Source: Leptospira biflexa (lineage in GTDB: Bacteria; Spirochaetota; UBA4802; UB4802). From it: DNA of 64,000 nucleotides. A model generated the notes under the pieces. It saw only the letters and a list, made by a program, of their open reading frames with translations, made no database searches and had not been told where the DNA came from. Positions 1 through 9,397 of the stretch are shown here, piece after piece. Numbering within the stretch: position 1 is the first letter of the stretch; each line of letters begins with the position of its first letter. A program made the position numbers and the translations under genes. The stretch spans positions 32,439-96,438 of the forward strand of contig DYLU01000001.1 in NCBI GenBank assembly GCA_020721905.1, given 5' to 3'.

Positions 1-224
1 AAGTCGATGTATATTTAATATACCCTCACAAAAAAAAGGAAAGCTCATTAACGCAATAAACAGGAATAAAATTTTAAAAGAATGCATGCATATAGTCTTT
101 TGACAGTCTTACTTCATTTTTTAAGTAATATTTGTGTATTCAGGCCATTCTTAGCAAAAAATATTTTTTGGTGATTTTTGCCTTAATAAGAAGTGTTTGG
201 GCAGGAAAATACTATATTGACCTT

Positions 225-1130
225 TCACAATGTAATCATACCTTTACTTACAAACTTTTTACACTGCTCATATTCTTCATGAGTCATCCATCTGGTTAAT
301 GCTTCATCTATTTTTGCATCACTTCCAATCTTCATGCATTTCTCAGGCCATAATGGATTATACCGTAAAAGCTCAACGGTATCAACACCATGCTGGTGCA
401 AAAACTGTGCAATGCCTGTAAGATTCTTTTCCGTTGCAGTAATTCCCGGAACAAGCGGAGTGCGCACAACAACCTGAATTCCCATGCTTTGCGATAGCTG
501 TATAAGCTTTTTGAAATTTGATATTATTTTTGTATTTGAAACGCCGCAGTACTTTTTGTGGTCTTCTTCATCAATTAATTTAATATCATAATACACGGTG
601 TCACAATATGGTGCAATGCAGGTTTCAAATTCATCCCAGTTAAAATATCCGCTTGTTTCCACAAGGGTATGAATTGCATTATTTTTACATTGCTTCAATA
701 GCTCTGATGCAAATGGTATCTTCATCAAAGGCTCACCACCTGAAAGGGTCACACCGCCACCTGACGTATCAAAAAACGGCTTATCCTTTAAAACATGCTG
801 CATTATATCTTCAACAGTCAAAAGCTTGCCTACGGTACTCATAGCACCTGATGGGCACACATCAACACATCCAAAACACAGCGTGCATTTTTTTCTATCC
901 ACAAAGTTTTGATTGTGCACATCAATAGCATGTTCAGGACATACCTTTGCACAGCTCAGGCAGGCAATACATTCATTTTTATCCCAGGATAATTCAATGG
1001 CAGCTTTTTTACTTTCTGGATTATGGCACCATACACAGTTTAGAGGACAGCCTTTAAAAAACACAACTGTTCGTATACCGGGACCATCATCAAGTGAATT
1101 GCCTTTAATTTCCAGTATTAATGTTTTCAT
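225..1130 (-). CDS. Glycyl-radical enzyme activating protein (radical SAM) with 2x[4Fe-4S] ferredoxin-like insert
   Basis: DGPGIRTVVFFKGCPLNCVWCHNPES motif; CxxCxxCxxxC repeats (CIACLSCAKVC, CTLCFGCVDVC); GGGVTLSGGEP; lies directly downstream of the glycyl-radical enzyme gene. Confidence 0.95.
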   Translation of the reverse strand: MKTLILEIKGNSLDDGPGIRTVVFFKGCPLNCVWCHNPESKKAAIELSWDKNECIACLSCAKVCPEHAIDVHNQNFVDRKKCTLCFGCVDVCPSGAMSTVGKLLTVEDIMQHVLKDKPFFDTSGGGVTLSGGEPLMKIPFASELLKQCKNNAIHTLVETSGYFNWDEFETCIAPYCDTVYYDIKLIDEEDHKKYCGVSNTKIISNFKKLIQLSQSMGIQVVVRTPLVPGITATEKNLTGIAQFLHQHGVDTVELLRYNPLWPEKCMKIGSDAKIDEALTRWMTHEEYEQCKKFVSKGMITL

Positions 1131-1148
1131 ATATTTTTTATCGTACGT

Positions 1149-4136
1149 TTATATTCCGTATTCAGCACGCTCAATGAGTTCTAATTGCATCTGACGGTTT
1201 AATGTAACAAAATATGCATTGTATCCTGAAATACGCACAATAAGGTTGCGATAGTTTTCGGGATGGGCCATTGCATCGCGCAATACTGCCGATGTAACCA
1301 CATTCATCTGCATCTGCATCCCACCCAATGTGAAATAGGTCTTCACATACGAGAACATATCATTCACGGTCTTTTCCCGTGATTCTATTGCAGAAGGCAC
1401 AACCTTAACATTAAAAGCGATATTATTGGTAAGGTTAACCGGAACCAATTTTGCAACATCCCTGATATTGTCTAACAAATTTTTTGAAGCAAACGGCTGA
1501 GGTGTTAAACCTGGTGTAAACGGTTTTCCTGCCAATCTTCCCGAAGGGAGAGCCCCGGTAAGCGTGCCAAAGGCAACATGATTTGACATTGACCAGAAGC
1601 CCGTAGTATATATACCACCACGGTAATGCGGAATGCCGGCAAAATAATCATGCGCCCATTTAGCAATCCTGTTTGCCATTGCACAGGCTTCTTCATTTCC
1701 TGAACCAAACAGCGGAACTTTTTTGTGAACGGTTTCAAGCAATACCGTATCATTTTGAAAATTACTGTCAATAGCTTTCTTTATATCAGCAAATGTGTAT
1801 TTCTTTTCGTCATATATAAGCTTTTTTATAACCATCATGGAATCAGTTACGTCAGCAAGTCCAATGATTGCAGTACCGGAGCTATTATACTTTGCCCCAC
1901 CTTCTGTTACATCCCTGCCTTTTTCTAAACAGCCTTCAATCAAGGATGAAAGTAGCGGTGTTGGCCGCAGATATTTATGAGCTTCAGCCAGCTTATTATT
2001 ATAATCAATTGACTGGTCAATAATAAAGGCAAACTGTTTGGTAAATGCATCAAAGAAATCATCAAAGGTTTTAAAAACGCCATCTTCAGGCTTTCCCGTC
2101 TTTGGTCCAATATCCAGCCGTGTCAGTGGATGATAGCCATTGTAAAGTGCCATTTCCAGAGCTGCCACCATATTCATCATCTGCATGTTGGTATGTCCAA
2201 AATGCTTATGCGAGAGTGTGGGTTCAACACAGCCTGTTGCTGACCAATCACGAATATCATTGATGTCATACCCCATTGGGGTCAGAGCCTTTATGATTGC
2301 AGCATCATTGTGCATTGATGGAGTAGCTGCGGTAATAAGGTTTACTTCACAAAGGCGTTTTAAATAGGTATCACTGTTGACACCTGGCATATAGCGGGCA
2401 TTGACGTTGGGATCACGAATGGCAAGCATCTCTGTTACTTTTAAGAAAATATACGTCATATCATTAACTGCGTCTTTGCCATCCGGTGTTACACCACCTA
2501 ATGTAATAGCCTGATCAGATGAACTTCCGCCAAAATAGAAGTTGGCTAAATCAGGAGTAAGGGGAAAATGGTCGGTGCAGCGCATATAAAAATCGGCAAC
2601 AAGTTCTATTGCCTGTTTTATATATTCTTCCCGCTTCTCTGGCGGAGTGTTTTTCATATCATTGATAAAATATGGCTGTAGCCACTGATCAAGTCTACCC
2701 AGTGAAAGACCAGCATTTAAGCTTTCGTTGTGTAGTGCAATCCAGGTAATCCACATTGCGGTCAGTGCTTCATGCAGCGTTGTGCATGGATTGGCTGGAA
2801 TACGGCTGCAAATATCAGCTATTTTCAGCAATTCCTGTTTGCGTATTAGATTCGTTTCCTGGTTACTATCGACGAGAGCCTGCTGTGAAAGATTTTTTGC
2901 ATACGCATTAATACCTTCAAGGCAGGCAATCATAGCATTAAGAAGATTTCGTTTACTCTGCGAGCAATCTTTAGTAAGCTCGGCTTTTATTTCATCAATC
3001 ATCCCTGCTGTTCCCATTGCCATCACTTTTGGAAAATCTGGAATGGTATGTGAGATAGTTGCCTGCTTCCAGTCAAAGTACAGGGCAAACCGTTCATCAA
3101 GCTGCTCACACAGGGGATTATTATATTTTTCTCTGACCCATTCCTTAAAATTGCGATGCAACCAGAATGGCAGTATTTCAAAATGTAAGACTTCACGAAT
3201 CCGGTCATCAATATCAAAAGGATTGTATGTTCTGTATGGAATGGTGAGCAATTCATTCCATATCATGATGCCGGTACTGTCAGGAAAAATGGGGCTTCCT
3301 ATGGGTTTGCTGGTGGTTGTTCCCGGCAACAGTGAATCCTTTTGTATCACGGGCTTTTTATGTTCCATCATATATTTATATGCATATGCATTGCGCAGCA
3401 CCGGCTCCCAGGGGTTGCCGTTATTGTCCTTGTCAAAGCCATGTTCCCTGTACCACTGAGTTAAATAAATTGCCCTTTCAGCACAGATAGCTGGTTTTTT
3501 AGTTAAATGGTCATTAAGAAATTTTTTGATTCGCGGGAAATCATCAAGACAATAGTGCGAAAGATACGGGTCCTCCAGAAATAAAACATTGGGTTCTTCT
3601 TTTTTTCCTTTAAGGCGCTCTTTTCGTCTTTTTGCAATCTCGTCGCTCAGTTCTTTTTGTGGTTTTGGATTTTCCTTTTTAACCTTCTTTTCATCAATCT
3701 TTCGCTCCTTTTTCATTGCACGTTTCTGAACATTATGAAAAAGCAGTGAAATAAAAAATGAGAATATATTGGAATAGGTAATACTGCCATCAATACGCAC
3801 ATCGCTCTTTAACAGCATATAAATAATATCGGTGGGTGTTCCCAGTAATAGCTTACGTGCAGCATTTTCATTTTTAAAAATCAAAATGGCATTAGCATCA
3901 GGGGCGATAGTTCCTGAAACGGTAACCCTGCCATCAATAAAAGAAATGCTGCAGACAATAGCATTGTCTTCCGTACGCAAACCAATGATAAAATTGAGAT
4001 AGCCATCTTTTGTTTTAAGGTAGCGATTGAGTGATGTGCGGTTATTAAAATTAAATGCAATGAATTTTAAAAATGATTTTATAAAAATAGAAGTGCCCAT
4101 TGTGCTGAATCTGCTCTGTGATGTGAAAAGTAACAT
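1149..4136 (-). CDS. Glycyl-radical enzyme (PFL2/eliminase-like) with N-terminal SCP2-like extension
   Basis: C-terminal Gly loop LIVRISGY; Cys loop TGCVEP; SLGRLDQWL; ALPSGRLAG; about 200 aa extra N-terminus. Confidence 0.92.
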   Translation of the reverse strand: MLLFTSQSRFSTMGTSIFIKSFLKFIAFNFNNRTSLNRYLKTKDGYLNFIIGLRTEDNAIVCSISFIDGRVTVSGTIAPDANAILIFKNENAARKLLLGTPTDIIYMLLKSDVRIDGSITYSNIFSFFISLLFHNVQKRAMKKERKIDEKKVKKENPKPQKELSDEIAKRRKERLKGKKEEPNVLFLEDPYLSHYCLDDFPRIKKFLNDHLTKKPAICAERAIYLTQWYREHGFDKDNNGNPWEPVLRNAYAYKYMMEHKKPVIQKDSLLPGTTTSKPIGSPIFPDSTGIMIWNELLTIPYRTYNPFDIDDRIREVLHFEILPFWLHRNFKEWVREKYNNPLCEQLDERFALYFDWKQATISHTIPDFPKVMAMGTAGMIDEIKAELTKDCSQSKRNLLNAMIACLEGINAYAKNLSQQALVDSNQETNLIRKQELLKIADICSRIPANPCTTLHEALTAMWITWIALHNESLNAGLSLGRLDQWLQPYFINDMKNTPPEKREEYIKQAIELVADFYMRCTDHFPLTPDLANFYFGGSSSDQAITLGGVTPDGKDAVNDMTYIFLKVTEMLAIRDPNVNARYMPGVNSDTYLKRLCEVNLITAATPSMHNDAAIIKALTPMGYDINDIRDWSATGCVEPTLSHKHFGHTNMQMMNMVAALEMALYNGYHPLTRLDIGPKTGKPEDGVFKTFDDFFDAFTKQFAFIIDQSIDYNNKLAEAHKYLRPTPLLSSLIEGCLEKGRDVTEGGAKYNSSGTAIIGLADVTDSMMVIKKLIYDEKKYTFADIKKAIDSNFQNDTVLLETVHKKVPLFGSGNEEACAMANRIAKWAHDYFAGIPHYRGGIYTTGFWSMSNHVAFGTLTGALPSGRLAGKPFTPGLTPQPFASKNLLDNIRDVAKLVPVNLTNNIAFNVKVVPSAIESREKTVNDMFSYVKTYFTLGGMQMQMNVVTSAVLRDAMAHPENYRNLIVRISGYNAYFVTLNRQMQLELIERAEYGI

Positions 4137-4148
4137 AATGACCCTCCA

Positions 4149-4787
4149 TTATTCTATGTCCAGAGGAACATACCTATGTGAAATTACATCCACATAACTA
4201 TCGACAAAAGATTGCGGGTTATCATAAACTTCACGGATAAGCCTGCTGTTATATAAACTCACAACGCCGTTACATTCTATCCATAATTGAAGAGCGGTTA
4301 TATATGCACCATCAGGATCAAGCTCACAATGGTGCTGCAGCTTCTCTATAACAAACGCAAACGGTTTTAAGGCTATTTCCTTTTCTTTGGCGCCAACTTC
4401 TTCCAATGATGTCCCGATGCAATCCATAAACTTTGGCACATTCCTGTTTAAAAACATAACTTCATAATAATCAGGATATTGAATGCCAAATTCAATGTAT
4501 GAAGCAATCATAGATTTTATTTTATCCCTGTTAGTTGTAGCGGATGTATATGCCTTTTCAAAAAGTCCATAGAGCATTTCAAAACCACGTATGCGAATAT
4601 AAAAATACAATTCATCCTTATTTGTGTAATAGTTGTACAATGTCGTAGCAGTCACACCCAATGCAGCCCCAATCTTTCTCATGCTAAGCCTATGAAAACC
4701 TTCACTGATAACTATTTTTACCGCCGCATCAAGTATGTGCTGTTTGAAAATATCCACTTCTTCACTATTACGGGCTATACGCGGCAT
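4149..4787 (-). CDS. TetR/AcrR family transcriptional regulator
   Basis: N-terminal HTH ILDAAVKIVISEGFHRLSMRKIGAALGVTATTLYNYYTNKDEL. Confidence 0.93.
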   Translation of the reverse strand: MPRIARNSEEVDIFKQHILDAAVKIVISEGFHRLSMRKIGAALGVTATTLYNYYTNKDELYFYIRIRGFEMLYGLFEKAYTSATTNRDKIKSMIASYIEFGIQYPDYYEVMFLNRNVPKFMDCIGTSLEEVGAKEKEIALKPFAFVIEKLQHHCELDPDGAYITALQLWIECNGVVSLYNSRLIREVYDNPQSFVDSYVDVISHRYVPLDIE

Positions 4788-4947
4788 TTGTTATAACTCC
4801 CCCACGCTGTTATTAATGAATCATCATTTGGTGCCTGACATGGAATCCATTGTTATACTGAAGTTGCTCCACTCCAGATTAATATTATTAAGCATTTACA
4901 AATAACACTCTGTTTACCTGCAATAAATCACTTTTCATTTATTATAA

Positions 4948-4986
4948 TAACAATGTTAATCTAACAGTGTTAACTTTATTTGTCAA
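4948..4986 (-). promoter_or_regulatory. Sigma70 promoter of the tetR-GRE-activase operon overlapped by two palindromic operators
   Basis: Minus strand TTGACA(4986-4981)-17 bp-TAGATT(4963-4958) with TGn extended -10; palindromes TAACAATGTTA (4948-4958) and TAACAGTGTTA (4962-4972). Confidence 0.75.
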
Positions 4987-5033
4987 TAAAAAAAAATAAA
5001 AATTTTTCAAAATTTTTATATCCTTGAGAGGAA

Positions 5034-5770
5034 ATGGAACCAGCAAAGCGACGAAGAGATATTCCTATTTTTTTGCTTCATGATATAGATCCTCAATGGG
5101 AATTGCATGAACAAAAAGCAGCACAAATACTTATTAATGAATTACAGAATGAAGGTCACAGAGTTGTTGACGTTCAGGTTACTCATCATTCATTAGAAAC
5201 AGTATTAAAATCTTACAACCCTGACGATTATATTCTCTTCAACTGGTGTGAAAGTCTGCCTGGCGATGATCATAGCGAACACATCGTCACTACGATTCTT
5301 GAAAATAAGCAATTTATATATACTGGTTCGCCTTCAGATATTCTTTTCTTTTCCTGGAATAAAGCTGCTATAAAAAAATTATTACAAATCAAAAACATTC
5401 CAACACCAGACGGTATAGTAACCTATAATTCAAAATTCAAACCTGGCACATCAGATTATGAAAATATCACGATAAAAATTCCTGCACAACTGGACAACTC
5501 CCAGTTTACACAATTGAATAAAACAGCGTTAAAAGCATATAGAGCTCTGGGCTGTCAGGATTATGCACGCATTGATATTCGTTTAAAAGATGGTACTTTC
5601 TATATTCTTGACATTAACCCTAACCCCCGACTTTAGCTATGATACATCAACAGCATACGAAAGCCGGGCATGCCGGGCTTTCGTATGGTGCATTTGCAAG
5701 CTGTCTGGTAAATTTAGCAGCATTGCGCCATCCCGTTTACGGAGAAAAATATCAATATAATGTATTATAA
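5034..5770 (+). pseudogene. Degraded D-Ala-D-Ala ligase-like ATP-grasp gene
   Basis: FNWCE, YTGS, NKAAIKKLL..IPTP and GCQDYARIDIRL..YILDINPNP are present, but the central ATP-grasp segment (KP..S.G / EEFI.GRE) is missing. The C-terminus continues in shifted frames (PDFSYDTSTAYE / AGHAGLSYGAFASCLVNLAALRH) to a TAA at 5770. Confidence 0.75.
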
Positions 5771-5781
5771 TATCCTCCATT

Positions 5782-6756
5782 TTATTGTTTTTCACAATAC
5801 CGCTTATAGGCCTCTTCTATGGCATCAAGCCACTGCTTGCGTATACCTTTGGGACTTATGACCTCAGCATATTTTCCATAGCGCAACACTTTTCCTAACA
5901 ATTCCTGAGGATGATGTACCGGCAATTGTAATTCAATATAATACCCATACTGAACATGTGAACCTTCTTTGATTTGTTGTTTGTTATGCCATATCTGCTT
6001 TCGTACAATATTGCACACAGGTTCATAAAAACGCACACAAACAATTTGACCTGTTTTCCCTTTGTAAATGCCATAGGTTGATTTAATGAACTCCTGTATT
6101 TCATTGGCAGTCAAGTGTTTGGATCGTTTTTTATTTGTATGCTCTGTTTGTATAATGCGGGACAATAAAAAAGTACGTATGCCTTTTTTATCTTCATCAT
6201 ATGCAATAACATACCATCTACCTTCATAATGTATAAAATGTTCAGGGGCGATAGTTCTTGTAGTAAGCTTCCCCTGTGCATCAGAATAGTGAATAGTAAC
6301 AACATAATCATTTCGCAGTACAGAAAACAACTTACTAAAAAGGGTCATATCTAATTCTTCCCACTCATCGATTTCGTACGTTATTTTTGAAATAAGAGGC
6401 AAGAACTGCGGTAAAATTGATCGCCTGATTATATCCGAAATACTTTTATCAACAAACGGAAAGTGTGTTGGACTGTTCATTAATTTCATTAAAAATACAT
6501 AGAACAGAAGCATTCGCTCATCACGATAGGTAAAATAATCAAACGGCAATGAGTAGCAATACCCTTTTTTATGAGGTATATACTGTATGGGGGCATTCAT
6601 TCTTTCTCTGAGATATTCAATATCACGTTTCACCGTACGTGGTGTAACCTCAAATTTACTGGCTACCTCCTGTACCGTAACTATTCCTTTTTCTCGAATG
6701 GCGGTGTCTATATACTGCAACCGTTCATTCTGGCTCAATGCAAACCTCTGCTCCAC
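5782..6756 (-). CDS. HTH-WYL-WCX transcriptional regulator (YafY/PafB/DriD-like)
   Basis: wHTH VASKFEVTPRTVKRDIEYLR; WYL core RTIAPEHFIHYEGRWYVIAYD..RTFLLSRI; WCX tail YGKYAEVISP. Confidence 0.92.
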   Translation of the reverse strand: MEQRFALSQNERLQYIDTAIREKGIVTVQEVASKFEVTPRTVKRDIEYLRERMNAPIQYIPHKKGYCYSLPFDYFTYRDERMLLFYVFLMKLMNSPTHFPFVDKSISDIIRRSILPQFLPLISKITYEIDEWEELDMTLFSKLFSVLRNDYVVTIHYSDAQGKLTTRTIAPEHFIHYEGRWYVIAYDEDKKGIRTFLLSRIIQTEHTNKKRSKHLTANEIQEFIKSTYGIYKGKTGQIVCVRFYEPVCNIVRKQIWHNKQQIKEGSHVQYGYYIELQLPVHHPQELLGKVLRYGKYAEVISPKGIRKQWLDAIEEAYKRYCEKQ

Positions 6757-6783
6757 TATGGTTTTTAAATTTGAATGAAGATT

Positions 6784-6811
6784 ATTATAACATATTTAGA
6801 TATAATGTCAA
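6784..6811 (-). promoter_or_regulatory. Candidate sigma70 promoter of the WYL gene
   Basis: Minus strand TTGACA(6811-6806)-16 bp-TATAAT(6789-6784) preceded by TGt. Confidence 0.6.
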
Positions 6812-7185
6812 TTATAATTTATCTATATACATTTATATCTCATAATATCACTTTCTTCCCATTGTAACATAGAGTGAGATTGCAATGTCATGAATCTACA
6901 CATGCTTACAATAACTTCGTAAACATTGCATGCATCTTTATTCTGTCGGGATAATAGCCGATAGCTGTATTGTCACAGATATCCTATGACATATAAGTAT
7001 ATCAATTACCAGTAACTATCGCCCATACTATAACGTGAACAGTGCTTATAAATTATTAAATGTTTATATTATATTTTATATATTCATTTGTATTTTTTGA
7101 TGTTTAAGAAAAAATTATGTTGCAATAAAAATAGCTGGTATATTTAGATATACATTCATATACTTTTTTGTGCGAGGTGTTATTG

Positions 7186-8865
7186 GTGAAACTGACAGGT
7201 GCACAGATAATTGTTGAATCGCTTATTAAAGAGAAGGTTGAAATCATGTTTGGCTATCCCGGCGGGGTGGTCATCCCCATATTTCATCATCTTTTCAATG
7301 CACCTATTAAATTTATTTTAACCAGGCATGAACAGGGTGCAGTACATGCAGCTGACGGGTACGCACGTGCAACCGGCAAGCCTGGCGTTGTTATTGCCAC
7401 ATCAGGTCCTGGCGCTACCAACCTGGTTACAGGTATTGCTACAGCCAATATGGATTCTGTTCCGCTTGTTATCTTCACCGGTCAGGTTTCAACTACAGTT
7501 ATTGGCAATGATGCATTCCAGGAAGCAGATACAACCGGAATAACACGGCCAATTACCAAGCATAATTATCTTGTCAATGATGTCAAAGACCTTGCACGCA
7601 TTATTAAAGAAGCATTCTATATTGCTACAACCGGAAGGCCGGGCCCGGTATTAATTGATGTACCGGTAAATATTTCAAATGCAGAAACTGAATATCATTA
7701 TCCCGAAACGGTCCATCTCAGAAGTTATAAACCAGTTATACACGGACATGCTGGCCAAATTCAGAAAGCATGCAAATTAATTGAGCAGTCAAAACGCCCT
7801 ATTGTATATGCCGGTGGGGGTGTTATCTCTTCCAATGCATCCGAAGAATTGCACACATTTGTTAAAAAAACTGGCATACCCATTACCACAACCTTACTTG
7901 GACAGGGAGCATATCCTGAAACCGACAGGCTTTCGCTCAAAATGTTAGGGATGCATGGAACCTACTATGCCAATCATGCAATGCACCAGTCGGACCTGGT
8001 TATAGCTGTTGGGGCACGCTTTGATGACAGAGTTACAGGGAAGATTGATGAGTTTATACCTCATGCAAAAGTTATACATATTGATATTGATCCATCATCA
8101 GTCAGTAAAAGTGTAGCAGTTGATGTGCCGATAGTTGGTGATGCAAAACATGTTCTTGCTGAAATGAACAAAATCGTTAAGGCTCCTAAAATAGATGAAT
8201 GGGTTGCCTATGTCCTTAAAATGAAAGATGAAAACCCATTAACATACAAAGACAGTGATGTAAAGATAAAACCGCAGTATGTTGTGGAAAAAATTTACGA
8301 ACTCACCAAAGGTGATGCCATTATCTGTACTGAGGTTGGGCAGAACCAGATGTGGGCATCACAGTTTTACAATTTTTCCAGGCCACGGACATTTATTTCA
8401 TCAGGAGGGCTGGGTACCATGGGATTTGGGTTTCCTGCAGCAATTGGTGCTCAATTGGGCCAACCAGGTAAACGTGTTATAGATATTGCTGGTGACGGCT
8501 CAATCCAGATGAATATACAGGAACTCATTGTTGCTGTACAGCACCGTTTACCCATAATTATCGCTATACTCAATAATGGTTTCTTAGGCATGGTACGGCA
8601 GTGGCAGCAACTCTTTTACAATAAACGTTATTCATATACCTGTATTAACTTTCAGCCTGATTTTGTTAAACTGGCCGAAGCATATGATGCCATTGGCCTT
8701 CGTATTGAAAAGAAGGCAGATGTTATACCAGCAATAGAAAAAGCTTTATCCATTACCAATAAACCTATTGTCCTGGATTTCCATGTGGACAGGGAAGAGA
8801 ATGTATACCCAATGATACCTGCCGGAAAATCGGTAAAAGATATGATGATGAGGGAATTAGCATGA
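7186..8865 (+). CDS. ilvB: Acetolactate synthase large subunit
   Basis: FGYPGG, RHEQGAVHAADGYARATG, SGGLGTMGFG, TPP motif GDGS..NNGFLGMVRQWQ; likely GTG start at 7186 after GAGGTG. Confidence 0.97.
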   Translation: MKLTGAQIIVESLIKEKVEIMFGYPGGVVIPIFHHLFNAPIKFILTRHEQGAVHAADGYARATGKPGVVIATSGPGATNLVTGIATANMDSVPLVIFTGQVSTTVIGNDAFQEADTTGITRPITKHNYLVNDVKDLARIIKEAFYIATTGRPGPVLIDVPVNISNAETEYHYPETVHLRSYKPVIHGHAGQIQKACKLIEQSKRPIVYAGGGVISSNASEELHTFVKKTGIPITTTLLGQGAYPETDRLSLKMLGMHGTYYANHAMHQSDLVIAVGARFDDRVTGKIDEFIPHAKVIHIDIDPSSVSKSVAVDVPIVGDAKHVLAEMNKIVKAPKIDEWVAYVLKMKDENPLTYKDSDVKIKPQYVVEKIYELTKGDAIICTEVGQNQMWASQFYNFSRPRTFISSGGLGTMGFGFPAAIGAQLGQPGKRVIDIAGDGSIQMNIQELIVAVQHRLPIIIAILNNGFLGMVRQWQQLFYNKRYSYTCINFQPDFVKLAEAYDAIGLRIEKKADVIPAIEKALSITNKPIVLDFHVDREENVYPMIPAGKSVKDMMMRELA

Positions 8866-9338
8866 GTCAACATGTAATCTCAGTTAAAGTAGAAAACAAA
8901 TTTGGTGTCCTTGCACGCGTTGCGGGTCTTTTCTCTGCTCGCGGCTACAATATTGACTCTCTTGCTGTAAGTGAAACTGAATCGCCTGATGTCTCAGTTA
9001 TGACAATTGTTGTAAGCGGTGATGACAGGATCATTGAACAGGTAAAAAAACAGCTCAACAAGCTCATCGATGTAATAAAAGTCACTGACCATAATCCTGA
9101 TAATGCCGTTCAACGCGAAATAGTTTTAGCCAGGCTTAATGTAACTCCATCAAAACGCAATGAAGTCTATCAATTAGCTCAGATATTTGGTGCACGCATA
9201 TCGGGAGTATCAAATAAAACTATTATACTGGAAATGGTTAGTAACCCAGAAACGATTGACAACTTTATTGAGCTCCTGCGTCCTTATTCCATTAAGGAAC
9301 TGATCCGCACAGGAAGGGTATCAATTTTAAAAGAATAG
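8862..9338 (+). CDS. ilvN: Acetolactate synthase small regulatory subunit
   Basis: ACT domain VENKFGVLARVAGLFSARGYNIDSL; KQLNKLIDVIKV; ATGA overlap with ilvB. Confidence 0.96.
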   Translation: MSQHVISVKVENKFGVLARVAGLFSARGYNIDSLAVSETESPDVSVMTIVVSGDDRIIEQVKKQLNKLIDVIKVTDHNPDNAVQREIVLARLNVTPSKRNEVYQLAQIFGARISGVSNKTIILEMVSNPETIDNFIELLRPYSIKELIRTGRVSILKE

Positions 9339-9397
9339 TTTTAATTCTTTGTTACTATCGTAAAAATAAATTTCATTCTTTGTTATGTATATTATTC

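Noticed and set aside
6757..7167. T-box or attenuator leader for ilvB
   Set aside because: I found no T-box consensus, no Leu/Ile/Val-rich leader peptide and no terminator hairpin.
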